NCBI GenBank assembly: GCA_030390025.1
Contig: CM059431.1
Span: 127,536,001-127,600,000 of the forward strand
Direction of reading: 5' to 3'
Source of the DNA: Squalus acanthias
Lineage: Eukaryota
DNA length: 64,000 nt
The notes beneath the pieces were generated by a model. That model worked only from the letters and a program-made list of their open reading frames with translations. It made no database searches and had not been told where the DNA came from. Shown here piece by piece: positions 12,901 to 26,799 of this stretch. Each line of letters begins with the position of its first letter. Position 1 is the first letter of the stretch. The translations under genes were made by a program, and so were the position numbers.

Positions 12901-13599
12901 CCACTTAAAGAATCAAATTATTGAAGGTCAGAGCAGGGAATCCTTGGCAAGCAGTCCTGAAAGAGTGTTCAGGTGAAAAGGATTGTTGATCTTTACATGG
13001 AACCAATTTACATATAATTGACTATAAATAAGAGATACAATGGGACTCACTTATGTTCTGTGCAAAGACTTCTAAAAGTCAGGCTGACTTATTCGGCATC
13101 TCAAAAATCGGGAAATCAGATCTAACTGCCTGATTCATTGAGGCTCATTTTTGAAATGTGTGGGTCTGTTCACAGAGGGCACATTGCAAAATCAGCCTTA
13201 TAGCGAATGAGTTAGTGAGAGAGATACGTAGGGTAGACAGAGAATGAGAGCAAGATCACAATTTATTTACCAATTGTCTTAGAGAAGAGATCAAAATTGA
13301 ACATTGTAGATTTTGTTCCTGTGATAATTGCTTTTCCATCTTCCACCCACTCCTTGTTGTGATTTTCTTCTTATGCAAACAAGATGTTGGTCTGATTAGG
13401 TGCCAGCAATGTCATTTCAATGCTAATTCCTTCACTTTTTAACTGCTGCCATCCTTGAACAAGGGAGGTAGGAGTCTAGTGACTCTATAATGCCTGTTAA
13501 ACAGTAGAAACTACATCCGAGGAGACCTTTAACACAACAAAGTGATGCAAATTAGCTGTTCCTTTTGGTGAATCACATTGATTAGTACAGGTGGCCTCC

Positions 13600-14620
13600 T
13601 CATTCCTGAAGTGGTAGAGTTGTGTCCACATTTTAGTACCTGAAATGAAAGAGAGGGACAAGCATTAGCTTTCAGTCTGAAGGGAGAGCAGAGGTAGAAA
13701 TGGCTGGTGAAAACCACTGTCGTTCGTCATGCAGACTGTGTGGGGGGAGATAGAAGTAATGAGGGAAAAAGAGGATAAGATGTGAAGAAGCATGACATCT
13801 CCTCCAGCGTTGCCACTCACCACAGTCCTGACTTTCCCCCTGCCTGTGATGGCCAGCATGTTTTCTTCCATGCGGAGTGGATGTGCAGGCGGGTTCGACT
13901 TCCTCAATCGCAGCATCCTACCGCAAGTTGTGCATGACTTTCTACTGCAAGAAAGAAGGGAGTGTGTTAGCGACATCCTTGTGAGGTGTTTAGAGAATGT
14001 GCCTTTCATGGTTATCTGGTTTGTATGTTGTGTGTAGGATGTAATGTATGAGGAAGTGAGGGTTGCAATACTGGTGTGTGTAGGATATGCAGAGTGTGTG
14101 AGTATGAGGAGAAGGAGGTGGAGTGAAATGTGGTGCAGTGATTGTAGGAGAGTGAAGGAAGTTGGGGAGGGGAGTAATGTGAGCAGTGAGGCTGCAGGTG
14201 GTGGAAGTGTGAGGAGAGAGTATTTGAGGTGAGAGGTAATATTCTTACCTTGACAACTCTTAGTGAGGTCACTGAACATTTTATTACATTGCCAACATGC
14301 CCTGGGAGCTAAGCTCCTGGCATTCACCTCCTCTGCAACCTTTTCCCAGTGGCAATGGTGGTGTTGCCTCATAGGCTTTCTTCACAGGGGAACAGGATCT
14401 CCCTCTTTTTGTCCACCACCTCGATCAGAGCCTCCATTGTGGCATCGGAGAAGCTGGGGCCTGATCGGCAAGTCTTGCAGCCATTTATTTCTTCAGAAGT
14501 GTTTCTTCCTGTCTGCAGCCAGATTTCAGCACCCCCCCCCCCCCCCCACCCCACCTTTAAGAGGAGCTGGCTGCCTTTAAGTGGCATCAGTGAAGTCTGA
14601 TTTCTGGCCCCCCAAACAGG
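13600..14620 (-). mobile_element. Harbinger fragment with decayed Myb/SANT exons
   Basis: PSFSDATMEALIEVVDKKREILFP...WEKVAEEVNARSLAPRACWQCNKMFSDL. Confidence 0.82.
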
Positions 14621-14704
14621 GGCATAGCCAATGATTAGTGCAACGACTGGTTTACTACTAAACTATACTAAGCAGAAGGTCTCAGGTTCAATTTCTTCTC
14701 TAGG

Positions 14705-17098
14705 TGATTTCAACTACCCCAATATTAATTGGACAGAAGAGGTAGGTAAAGTGGATAAGGGAATGGAGTTCCTGCAATGTGTACAGGACTCCTTTCTAAC
14801 CCAATAAATAAAAAGCCCAACAAGGGTCGATTCACTATTGGATCTAGTAATGGGGAATGAACCAGAGTAGATAAGAGATGTAAAAGTAGGGGAACATCTA
14901 GGCAATAGTGACCATAATATAATATGCTTTAAGATGATAATTGAGAAGGACATAAGTATGATGAAAACCAAGGTAATAGATTGGAGAAAAGCTGATTTTG
15001 AGGGGCTGAGAATAGAACTTGGGAAAATTAAATGGGCAACAATATTGGCAAACAACGATGTAGAACAGCAATGGAAAACAATTAAAACAGTGTTCAACAG
15101 AGTGCCAGAACAATATATTCCACTAAAAGGAAAGAACAAACTAAACACTAATGAGACTCCATGGATGAATAAAGCCATAAGGGAACAATTGAGGGTAAGG
15201 AAAGAGGCATACATTAAGTACATAGACAGCAGGGGAGTGCATGATAAGAGAGAATACAAAGAAATTAGGAGAGAAGTCAAAAAACAATTAGGAAGGCAAA
15301 GAGGAACTATGAAATTAAATTATCAAGGAACATAAAACAATATAGTAAAATATTTTACAGGCACATCAATAAAAAAAGAAGGTTGGGATAGGAATGGGGC
15401 CATTAAGGGATAGACAGGATAATACCACAGGTAACAATAGAGAGATAGCAGAAATATTAATTAATTATTTTGCTTCAGTATTTACCAGGGAGATAGAACA
15501 GGTGGACATGACATTGGATGATGAGATTAGTATTGAGATAAGTGCATTTAAAATAAAAAGAGGGATATATTAAATAAACTAACTAATCAAACTCAAAAAG
15601 GATGAAACCCCTGGTCCGGATGGATTGCATGCACGTATTTTAAAAGAATCTAGGGAAAAGATAGAAGAGGCATTACTACACATATTTAAAAATTTGTTAG
15701 AAAAAGGTGTAGTGCCAGAGGACTGGCAGCAAGCTAACATAATACCTATATTTAAGCAGGGGGTTAGAAAATGTCTCAGGAATTATAGACCAGTCAGCTT
15801 AACAGCGGCAGTAGGAAAAATAATGGAATCCCTACTAAAGGGGAAAATAGAAGAACATCTAGAAAACAAAAACATAGTAATGAATGGTCAGCATGGATTT
15901 CAAAAGGGAAAGTCTTGCTTGACCAACCTCATTGAATTTTTTGAAGAGGTAACAGAGAGAGTAGACAATGGTAATACAGTGGATGTAATTTATGTAGATT
16001 TTCAAAAGGCCTTCGATAAGGTTACCATAATAGACTGATGAACAAGGTCAAAGGTAACTATTCACAGTGGCAGAAGGTGGTTAGTGGTGTTCCACAAGCA
16101 CCAGTGCTGGGTTCACTGTTGTTCACAATTTACATTAACAATTTAGACTTTGGAATCAAAAACACAATTTCTAAATTTGTGGATGACACCAAATTGCAGG
16201 GGTAGTCAATACTGAGGAGGACTGCAACAAATTACAGGAGGACATTAATAAAGTTGCAGAATGGGCATATAATTGGTAAGGCAAATGAAGTTCAACACAG
16301 ATAAATGTGAGGTATTACATTTTGGTAGGAAGAATAGGGAGGTCACTTATTACTTGGAGGGTGCGAGCCGAGGTGGGGTAGAGGAACAAAGGGATCTCGG
16401 AGTACAAATACACAAATCACTAAAAGTTGAGACACAAGGCCATAAAAAAGCAAACCAAGCACTAGGGTTTATTTCTAGTGTTATAGAATTGAAAAGTAGG
16501 GAAGTTATGCTAAACCTGTATCGAACCTTAGTTAGACCACACTTCGAGTACTGCGTACAGTTCTGGTCGCCATAATAAAAAGGATATAAAGGCACTGGAG
16601 AGGGTGCAGAGAAGTTTTACAAGGATGATACCAGAAATGCAAGGGTATACATATCAGGAAAGGGTGAACAGGCTGGGTCTCTTTTCAATTGTAAAAAGAA
16701 GGCTTAGGAGTGACCTAATAGAGGTCTTTAAAATTCTGAAAGGTTTTGATAGAGTGGATACAGAGAGAATATTTTCACTTATGGGGAAGAGCATAACTAG
16801 AGGCCATCAATATAAGATAGACACCAAGAAATCCAATAGGGAGTTCAGAAGAAACTTTTTTATCCAAAGAGTGGTGAGAATGTGGAACTCGCTACCACAG
16901 AGCGTGGTTGAAGCGAAAAGTATAGATGCATTTAAGGGAGGCTAGACAAGCATATGAGGGAGAAGGGAATAGAGGGTTATGCTGATAGATTTAGATGAGG
17001 AGAGACGGGAGGAGACTCGAGTGGAGCATAAATGCCAGCATGGACTGGTTGGGCCGAATGGCCTGTTTCTGTGCTGTATATCCTATGTATCCTATGTA
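14705..17098 (+). mobile_element. CR1 LINE ORF2 (endonuclease end to 3' tail), decayed
   Basis: GDFNYPNINW, HLGNSDHN, NYRPVSLT, QHGFQKGKSCLTNLIEFFEEVT, VRPHFEYCVQFWSP. Tail ends in (TATCCTATG)n. Confidence 0.95.
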
Positions 17099-17186
17099 AT
17101 GTAGGTAGTGCTAGCTGCACACCTGACTCATATTATTGAGCTAGCAGCACCTTGCGCACCCATTCTCAGGCGCGATGAATTTCTAA

Positions 17187-19030
17187 GAGCTTCTACAAGT
17201 GTGTAAAAAGGAAGACAGTAGTAAAAGTAAACGTTGGTCCCTTAGAGGCTGAGACAGGAGAAATTATTTTGGGGAATAAGGAGATGGCAGAAACCTTAAA
17301 CAAATATTTTGTATCTGTCTTCACAGTAGAAGGCACAAAAGCATACCAAAAATGGTGGGGAACCAAGTGTCTAATGAGGGTGAGGAACTTAACGTAATTA
17401 ATATAAGTAGAGACAAATTACTAGAGAAACTAATGGGACTAAAAGCTGACAAATCCCCTGGACCTGATGGCCTACATTCTAGTGTTCTAAAAGAGGTGGC
17501 TGAAGAGATAATAGATGCATTGGTTTTGATCTTCTGAAATTCCGTAGATTCTAAATGGTCCAAGCAGATTGGCGGTCACAAATGTAACACTGCTATAAAA
17601 GAACGGATGGAGAGAAAAAACAGGGAACTACAGGCCAGTTAGCCTGACATCAGTCATTGGGAAAATGCTGGAATCCATTATTAAAGAAGTCATATCAGGG
17701 CACTTAAAATCATAACATGTTTAGGCAGAGTCAACATGGTTTTATGAAAGGGAAATCGTGTTTGAGAAATTTATTGGAGTTTTTTCGAGGATGTAACTAG
17801 CAGGGTAGATAAAGAGGAACCGATAGATGTAGTATATTTGGATTTCCAAAAGCTATTCGATAAGGTGCCACATAAAAGGTTATTACACAAGATTAGGGCT
17901 CATGGGGTTGGGGGTAATATAGTAGCATAGATAGAGGATTGGTTAATGGACAGAAAACAGAGAGAAGGGATAAACGGATCTTTTTCAGGTTGGCAGGCTG
18001 TAACTAGTGGGGTGCTACAAGGATCAGTGTTGGGGCCTCAGCTATTTACAATCTATATTAATGACCTAGATGAAGGGACCGAGTGTAATGTATCCAGGTT
18101 TTCTGATGATACAAAGCTAGGTGGACAGTAAGCTGTGAGGAGAACACAGAGTCTGCAAAGGGATATAGATAGATTAAGTGAGTGGGCAGTAAGTTGGCAG
18201 ATGGAGTATAATTTAGGGAAATGTGAGGTTATTCACTTTGGTAGGAAGAATAGAAAAACAGAATATTTTTTAAATGGTGAGAAACTTTCAAATGTTGGTG
18301 TTCAGAGAGATTTGGGTGTCCTTGTGCAAGAAACACAGAAAGCTAGCATGCAGGTACCGCAAGCAATAAGGAAGGCAAATGGCATGTTGGCCTTTATTGC
18401 AAGGGGGTTGAAGTATAAGGGTAAGGAAGTCTTGCTACAATTGTACAGGGCCTTGGTGAGACCACACCTGGAGTACTGTGCACAGTTTTGGTCTCCTTAT
18501 CTAAGGAAGGATATATTTGCCTTGGAGGCAGTGCAACAAATATTCACTAGATTGATTCCTCGGATGAGAGGGCTGTCCTATGATGAGAGATTGTGTAGAA
18601 TGGACGTATACTCTTTGGAGTTTAGAAGAATGTGATGTGATCTCATTGAAACATACAAGATTATGAAGGGGATTGACAGGGAAGATGCTGAGAGGTTGTT
18701 TCCCCTGGCTGGAGTGTCTAGAACTTGGGGACATAGTCTCAGGATAAGGGGTCGGCCATTTAAGACCGAGATGAGGAGGAATTTCTTCACTCAGATGGTT
18801 GTGAATCTTTGGAAATCTCTGCCCCAGAGGGCTGTGAATGCTGAGTCTTTGAGTATATTCAAGGCTGAGATAAATAGATTTTTGAACTCTAGGGGAATCA
18901 AAGGATATGGAGATTGAGCGGGAAAGTAGAGTTGAGGTCGATGATCAGCCATGATCTTATTGAATGGCGGAGCAGGCTCGAGGGGCCGTATGGCCTACTC
19001 CTGCTCCTATTTCTTATGTTCTTATGTTCT
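17187..19030 (+). mobile_element. CR1 LINE, 5'-truncated, decayed
   Basis: [52 protein letters not shown]. Tail ends in (TTCTTATG)n. Confidence 0.95.
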
Positions 19031-19539
19031 AAGCACATGCATACTGTGCAAAGAGTATCCAATATGTACTTCCAGCAGGCAAGGCCCCTCAGAAATTGTT
19101 CCCATGGTACTATGTTTCAAAGCAATTTTGAGGCTATTCGCATCCATTTAATAATCACAATCATAATTCAATAATATATAGACTTTTGTTTTTATTACTC
19201 CTGAGATAGAACATCTGGACTGATTGAGCCAAATATGAGAACATGCAGAAGTATGAAATAAGAAAAAAAAATTTAGCCTGTCAAGTCTTTCCCTCCATAA
19301 AATATGTGCACACTGTTATAAACTTGATCCAACCCACTCAATTTCATGAGGAAGCCAACCAACCATGGAGTAATTGAAAGGGAAAGGGGCGGGGTGGCCA
19401 ATTTGCTCTTGTTCGGTTTCTGCCCTCATTGAAGTTGAATTTCACCCCAAAGTATTCAGTCAGGTGCCAGCTTGTGTCATTACAATGTCTGCTACTATAT
19501 TCCTGTCAATGTGACATCACATGCTATTTGCTGTAACAT

Positions 19540-20700
19540 AAACAAATGGAATGAAGCCATGTACATCCCAATGGCTAAAAGAAGGACACATGGCAAAATA
19601 AAACCTTTACCGTTAACCAGGAATGTTCAGAGGCAAATTGGATTGAAACAGAAGGCATACTACACACTTAAGGAATTTACTCGCAGGAGAACAGGAACAA
19701 GTATCACACGCAATTGAGACAAAAACAGCCATATGGGTAGCCAAGAGATCTCTGGAAAAGACGATGGTGCACAACCACGTCAGAAGACTATTAAGGATCA
19801 TATCGAGCCACTGAAGGATACTGTAGGACAGACTCCAACTCATTCTCATGTTATGGCAGAGCTGCTAATTAGCTATTTTGCCTCAGTATAAACTCCTGTA
19901 GATGATGCTTATGTTCCAAATGGGGAGTGCTCTGTATTGAATAGCATTATTAATATTAAAAATAATTTCATCTTGGACATATTAGGAAAGCTCAAAATTG
20001 ATTGTGCTCCTGATCTGGATAATATCCATCCAAGTGTGATTAAGGAGATGGAACAAGTGCTCTGTGAGCCCCTTGCCTGTACCTTCAATAGTTCAGTAGA
20101 GTCAGGGATAGTTCCCTTAGACTGGAAGCTAGTTCATGTAATTCCTAAATTCACAAAAGGGACACATCAGCCTAACATCGATTATTGGGAAGAAGCTAGA
20201 AGGGATTGTAAGAAATGTCCTTTATGATACCTGGGAAAGGGAAGGAGCCATTAGAAATACACAACATGGCTTCCGGAAAAATATGCACTTTCAGCAACTT
20301 GCCACGCAAAAAATGTTAAACCCTAAATGTGCCATACAAATTTGATAGATTTCTTTGAGGAAGTTATTCGGGCAGAGGATGAGGGCAATCTGGTAGATAT
20401 TGTCCACCTTCCACCTTCTGCCACTCTGAATAGTTGCCTTTTACCCTAACTTGCAGCCAGCTAGCTAATCATTCTGCTACTTTTCCTCTGACTCTGCATA
20501 TTCTGACCTTATTCATTATAGTCTATTACGTGCCACCTTATCGAAGGGCTTTTGGAAATCTAGATAAATTACATCTACTATCGTACCCTTGTCTACTTTC
20601 TCTGTTACCTCTTCAAAGAATTCAATGAAGTTGATCAAGCAAGACTTTCCCTTTTGAAATCCATGCTGACTACTTATTTTTTATATTTTTGGTTCTTCCT
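19540..20700. mobile_element. Old CR1 fragment (+, to about 20410) abutting a CR1 fragment of another family (-, 20410-20700)
   Basis: Plus strand: APDLDNIHPSVIKE...VPLDWKL. The minus piece matches 15880-16080. Confidence 0.8.
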
Positions 20701-21031
20701 AGTTACTTCTCTTCCTCCTTTAGTTATATCTTTTATAATTAGCCATATATAGGCTTGCCGCTTCAGCTTTGGGGTGGGTGGTTGTTTGATGCCAATTGTA
20801 AGTGTTACAGCCTGCAACATATGATGCCACATTCATTTGTATTTCTTTGCATGGATTACAAAGTAAGACAAGGTAATTTGTTGGATGGTAGATCTGATTA
20901 ATACTAAATACCTTCAAACTCAGCTTTTTAACTTAAAATAAGACTTAAATTTGTAACTACTGCAAGAATGTTTTCCAGGTTACAGTTGCATTTATTCATT
21001 AAATGTGCATTCCAATGTGCTAAAACACATT

Positions 21032-21785
21032 GGGCCATAATTTGCTGTGGCAGGGCATCTAATGGTGCCTGCCGTTAGTCAGACTTGCCCTAGCACATTT
21101 AGGGTTTAACATTTTTTGCGTGGCAAGTTGCTGAAAGTGCGAGCTGATAACGGCGCAGCGAAGGAAACCAGGCATCTGGGACCTGAATAAACAGAGCTGT
21201 GCATCTCCTCAACCAATCAGATTGAAGGGTTGTGAAATATCTGCGCAAGGACTGAGAAGGAAGTATAAATTCGACTGGGTGAATTCAATTTCAAATCAGG
21301 TACAGAAAGGGAAATAAAGAGAGTGAAAGAGAGAGAGAGAAAAAGAGCCAGAAAGGAAAAGTCATGTTTTTAAAAAAATTTCCAACAACAATTAAAACCT
21401 GCAGGATTGAGACTCCACAGTTGTAACAGTTAATTTTCAGTGCCAGAGAGGATGATTGGCAGGAATTAACACTTAACACGTTGTTAAAAGGGTACTTAGA
21501 CTGAAATGGACAAGACTTGACTTTCTGTGGTGAGTTTAGTTCATATCTATCGCGCAAGTGCAGTAACTTCACACTGCTTAATGCATTTCAATGGTGAGGC
21601 AGGCAGCAAGATGCTGTTTTTGCAAAGCTAACGGCAGAGCAGCACCAGTCGGAAATCAACATTTGGATAGCTGCGCTTAACCACGCATCTGCCTCTCGCT
21701 GCTCCTGAAGTTGCTCAACCTTTTACGTGTAAATAACTGCAAGGGCTATTAGCCTCACCGTTCTTTTGACAGTAAGTTTTGGTCC
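21032..21785. mobile_element. Harbinger-type MITE
   Basis: Imperfect TIRs GGGCCATAATTTGCTG and CAGTAAGTTTTGGTCC. Confidence 0.65.
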
Positions 21786-21871
21786 AATAAATTTTAAATC
21801 AACAGCAACAAATGAAAGGCGAGAAATTATCCCTTAATACTTCAAATCTTTTCATTTTAATAGCAGCAGAA

Positions 21872-22095
21872 GGTCAGACCTGGGAACATCCTCTCCATAG
21901 CGATACAGCCAGGGGAGGGAATATTGATAGAAGGGGACAGTCGGAGCTGGGGACAGCCTTTCCATAGGAACACAGCCAGGGGAGGGAATATTGATAGAAG
22001 GGGATGGTCGGAGCTGGGGACAGCTTTTCCATAGGGACAGAGTCAGGGGAAATGAATATTGATAGAAGGGGCCAGTCAGAGCTGGGAAGAGCCCT
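21872..22095. repeat. Minisatellite, unit about 66 bp, about 3.4 copies
   Basis: Three copies of 'ccataggg.acagccaggggagggaatattgatagaagggg..agtcggagctgggga'. Confidence 0.85.
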
Positions 22096-22861
22096 TTTAG
22101 AGCTATCCATAGGGGTTGTAAATTGGTGAACAGTTTCTATGTAATTCTATGCCCATTGAGTAATCTCAGCCCAGCACATCATGGGGAGTCCTGGATGTCC
22201 CTGTTCACCAATGTGACCCAAATCAAGGGAGTAAATGTCCTTTCTCAGCAGTATCAGGCCATGCATTTCATCACAACTCACTGATGGTCTTGTAGTAACC
22301 AGCGAAAATTAGAGGATGGTGAAATCTGGGGAGATTGTCATCAGAATAAACCTGAGGGAGGGCTCAGTGAGCTACTGGTGAGTTTATAGCCTCAGCTCTA
22401 ACCTCACCATGACTACTACAGAATGCAAAAGTAAGTTTTACTTCACATTTTTAAACTTAAAATAATAGCATTCTACCCCGGATGTATCGCTCTCCCCTGG
22501 GAACATACAACATAACAAAGCACAACATTGACTTCAATGAAGCATAAAAGCGGGCAGGGTAGAAAATGTGCTTCTGACCTAAACTTGGCATGTACCCGCC
22601 ATGTGCATTGGGTTAAAATTATACCCACAGCTTCACAACTTTAGCTGTTCTAGTTTTATAGCCTTGCTCCAGCCTTGCTCCTGTCCATAGTGAAGGTGGT
22701 GTGGTTATAGGAGAGCAAGGAGTTATGGATGGAGGAGGGAGATGAGGAAATGATCGAAGATGGCCTTTGCCAGTGATCAAAACCTTCAGCAATGCCTAGG
22801 CCTAGTAGGATGCCAAGATTGAGGGGGTAACTTTGAATTGGGAGTTGATGGGCTGGGTGAG

Positions 22862-25800
22862 GCTGAGTAAACTAGCAAGAGATATGAAAGGAGATCAAAA
22901 AAGCTTCTATAGGTATGTAAAAAGGAACAGATTAGCAAAAGTAAACATGGGTCCCTTAGAGGCAGAGACAGGAGAAATTATAATGGGGAATAAGGAAATG
23001 GCAGAGACATTAAATAAATACTTCTGTATCTGTCTTCACAGTAGAAGACATGAAAACAATCCAGAAATAGTGGGGAATGAAGGGTCGAGTGAGCATGAGG
23101 AACTTAAAGGAATTAGTATTAGTAAAGAAATAGTACTGGAAAAATTAATGGGAGTAAAGCTGACAAATACCCTGGACCAGATGGGCTACATCCTAGGGTT
23201 TTAAAAGAGGTGGCTACAGACATAATGGATGCATTGGTTTTAATCTTCCAAAATTCCTGAGAATTTAGAACAGTCTCCATGGATTGGAAGGTAGCAAACA
23301 TAACCCTGTTATTCCAGAAAGGAGGGAGAGAGAAAACAGGGAACTACTGGCCAGTTAGCCAGATATTAGTCATCGAGAAAATGTTGGGATCCATTGTTAA
23401 GGACATGGTATCAGGGCACTTAGAAAATCATAATATGATTGGACAGAGTCAACACAGAATTATGAAAGGTAAATTGTGTTTGACAAATCTGTTAGAGTTT
23501 TTTAAGGTTGTAACTAACAGGGTGGAGAAGGGGAAGCCAGTAGATGTAGTCTATTTGGATTTTCAAGAAGCATTCGATAAGGTTATTACACAAGAGGTTA
23601 TTACACAAAATTAGGGCTCATGGGATTGGTGTAATATATTGGTATGGATTGAGGATTGGTTAATGGACAAAAAATAGAGGGTTAGAAATTCATGTAATTA
23701 CCGCCATTCCATAGTGCCGTGATATGGCCACAATGTTGAAATAAAAGCCATCACAAAGCAAACCTTCCAATCCAACTTTATACATCCATTCATCCAATAT
23801 GACATCAAGAAATCAAGTCATAACCTTTATTTATTCTCTTAGTGACTGTCATGTCTGTGCCTTTGCCTATCTTACTGATGTCACGCAGTGCTACCCCAGT
23901 GGCTGCAGCATGGCTGGTGGAAGGCTTGCTGACTTTCAGTGCGGGACACTGCAAATGATCTTGCTGGTCAACCTTGAAGAGCTGATGGCTGGGAGTGTGA
24001 AATGGAGTGACAATGTTTCTTCTGCTTCTTTTTCACTCTCCTCCTCCTTCTTCTTGGTCACCCATTGGCTGGGCAGGCTGCATTTCTTGGATTTGTGAAA
24101 TGAGGAAGCCACAAGGGGGGAGCTGTGGTGATGGGAGAGCGGGAAAGCAAGAGGTTCAAGCCAGAAGGAGGATAATGTATGAAGATGCCAGCATCTTTTA
24201 TCCTCTCAGCCCCGCCACTGGCCAAGGGCTCAGCCAAGTACCTGCCAAGAAGGCCAGCACCATCTCCTCCAAGGGGGTGAGGTGAGGCTAGGAATGGGGG
24301 GATGTTCCTCGTGATTGGTACAGATTGTTGGAGGTGAGTGATTGGGGGTGGAGGTTGTGCATTGAGCACTATGTGAGGCTAGTGGGGCAGTTGGTAGGAG
24401 ACGGCTTTTGAAGATGCATGCACTGACCTTTACCAGTGGTCTGAGCTAATGAAGCTTCTTTGGGCACTGGAGCCAGGTGGTGGGGGCGACACTGCTGGCA
24501 GTGATGGCCTCGGTGATCTGGTCCCACATCCTCCTTTCTGGAGGGCCTCTTGGCCTCTGTGTGTAGAGGATGTGTATTGAAGTGTTGACCCCTTGCACAA
24601 AGCTGGAGGGCTGCGTGCGAGACCCTGGCTGCCCCTTCCGTGGCTTGGTGAACCATTTGTGTTAGTGCTGAAGCAAGTTTCCCACTTGTTGAGGTTCGGA
24701 AGGGAATTCAGTTTTAAGAGCTGAATAATCGCATTCGGGACTTTTTAATGTTAACATTTTTTTTGGAAGGCAGTAAGGCTGAAAACTACATTTTTCACTG
24801 CATTTTAATTTCTATTAATTCAGAGTGCATGGCCCCTTTAATTCATAGCACTTTTAATTGCTCACAATTCCTTGCAAGTTCCACAGCCTCGATTCCAAAG
24901 GCTGTGCAAAGCTCGGACGCCACTTCAGGACGGGAACTTCAGCTCGGAGGTCTCCACTAACGTCAGCAGGAGGGCGATGCACGGAAGGTTAGCGCTGCGC
25001 TACCAATCTCCAGGCCCCCAGACTAATTTATTCCCCTTAGCGTTGCGGCCATTTTTAGCGACTGTTAACTCCAGTTGCCAGTGACATCGGCAACTTTTGT
25101 GGCGAACACAAATGTCTAGGCAAGAGAGTAGGAATAAACGGGTCTGTTTCAGGTTGGCAGGCTGTCACTAGTGGGGTGCCGCAAGGATCAGTGCTTGGGC
25201 CTCAGCTATTCACAATCTACATCAATGACTTAGATGTGGGGACCGAGTGTAATGTATCCAAGTTTGCTGACAATACAAAGCTAGGTGGGAAAGTAAGTTT
25301 TGAGGAGGATCCAAAGAGGATATAGACAGATTAAGTGAGTGGGCAAGAATGTGGCAGATGGAATATAATGTGGAGAAATGTGAAGTTATCCACTTTGGTA
25401 GGAAAAATGGAAAAGCAGAGTATTTTTTAAATGGTAAGAGACTGGGAAATATTGATATTCAGAGGGAACTGGATGACCTTGTACATGAATCAAAGAAAGT
25501 CAGCATGCAGGTACAGCAAGCAATTAGGAAAGCAAATGGTATGTTAGCCTTTATTACAAAAGGATTGGAGTATAAGAGTAAAGACGTCTTAGCTGCAATT
25601 ATATAGCACCTTGGTGAGACCACACCTGGAGTACTGTGTACAGTTTTGGTCTCCTTACCTAAGGAAGGATATACTTGCCTTAGAGGGAGTACAACAAAGT
25701 TTCACCAGACTGATTCCTGGGATGGGGGGATTGTCCTATGAAGGGAGATTGAGTAGAATAGGCCTATATTCTCTAGAGTTTAGAAGAATGACAGGTGATC

Positions 25801-26187
25801 TTATTGAAATGTATAAAATTAAGCAGCTTGACAGGGTAGATGCTGGGTGGATGTTTCCCCTGGCTGGGGAGTCTAGAACTAGGCGTCACAGTCTCAGAAT
25901 AAGTGGTTGGCCATTTAGGACTGAGATGAGGAGAAATTTCTTCCCTCAGAGGGTGGTGAATCTTTTGAATTCTCTACCCCAGAGGGCTGTGGATGCTCAG
26001 TCATTGAGTATATTCAAGACAGAGATCGATAGATTTGTGGATATTAAGGGAATCTAGGGATATGGGGCTAGGGCTAGGGCAGGAAAGTGGAGATGAGGTA
26101 GAAGATCAGCCATGATCTTATTGAATGGCGGAGCAGACCCAAAGGGCCGAATGTCCTACACTTGGTCCTATTTCTTATGTTTTTATG
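22862..26187 (+). mobile_element. CR1 LINE split by a Harbinger insertion at 23679-25122
   Basis: Collinear with 17187-19030 on both sides of the insertion. 3' tail TTCTTATGTTTTTATG. Confidence 0.93.
23679..25122 (-). mobile_element. Non-autonomous Harbinger with decayed Myb/SANT gene, nested in CR1
   Basis: Degenerate TIRs GGGTTAGAAATT and AAATGTCTAGGC. Candidate AGA TSD. Same family as 48916-51243, in the opposite orientation. Confidence 0.8.
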
Positions 26188-26799
26188 AGTGAGAACAGGA
26201 GGTTGAAGAAGTCGGAGGAAGAACACTCAATGAGAAAGTCACTGTGGGCCTTGAGATAATGAGGAGTTTAAGATGCTCAAATGGGGAGAAGGTGCTGGTG
26301 CAGGTGGACAGGTTGAGACAGGACTTAAAGGTGAAGACCACACTGTTGCCCGGTCCAATTGGGAGGGAATGTCGGTATAATCCTTATTTTGCTCTCTCTT
26401 CTGTTTGATACAGGTAATTCCCTGAGTTACCATGGTAACAGCCAATCTCCACCAAGGATAGGGATAATGATGCTTAGCCCCAGAATTGCACTGTGAGCTG
26501 TCACTGGTGCCTGGTGGTAGGTATGGTGCACGCCACAACTCAAACCGGAATCGGCTGCCCCTCAGAGGAACTCACACTTCAAATGGCAAATGGGATCAAT
26601 TGAAAAATCAGAGATGGAAAACTATTACTCATTTCAATCTACTGATGTGAAGTTCAGGCCTCGGTAATGGCAATTCCACTCTCTACCAGGGCAATTCTAG
26701 TGGGGTTTTTTCTTTCTAAATTAGGTCAAATTACAAATTAAATTGACCCTTATATTAAGCTTATAAATGTATCACTTTTTGGTTAAAATTAAAATTAAC

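Noticed and set aside
21872..22095. CRISPR-like repeat-spacer array
   Set aside because: The intervening segments are themselves homologous and the context is vertebrate. It is a minisatellite.
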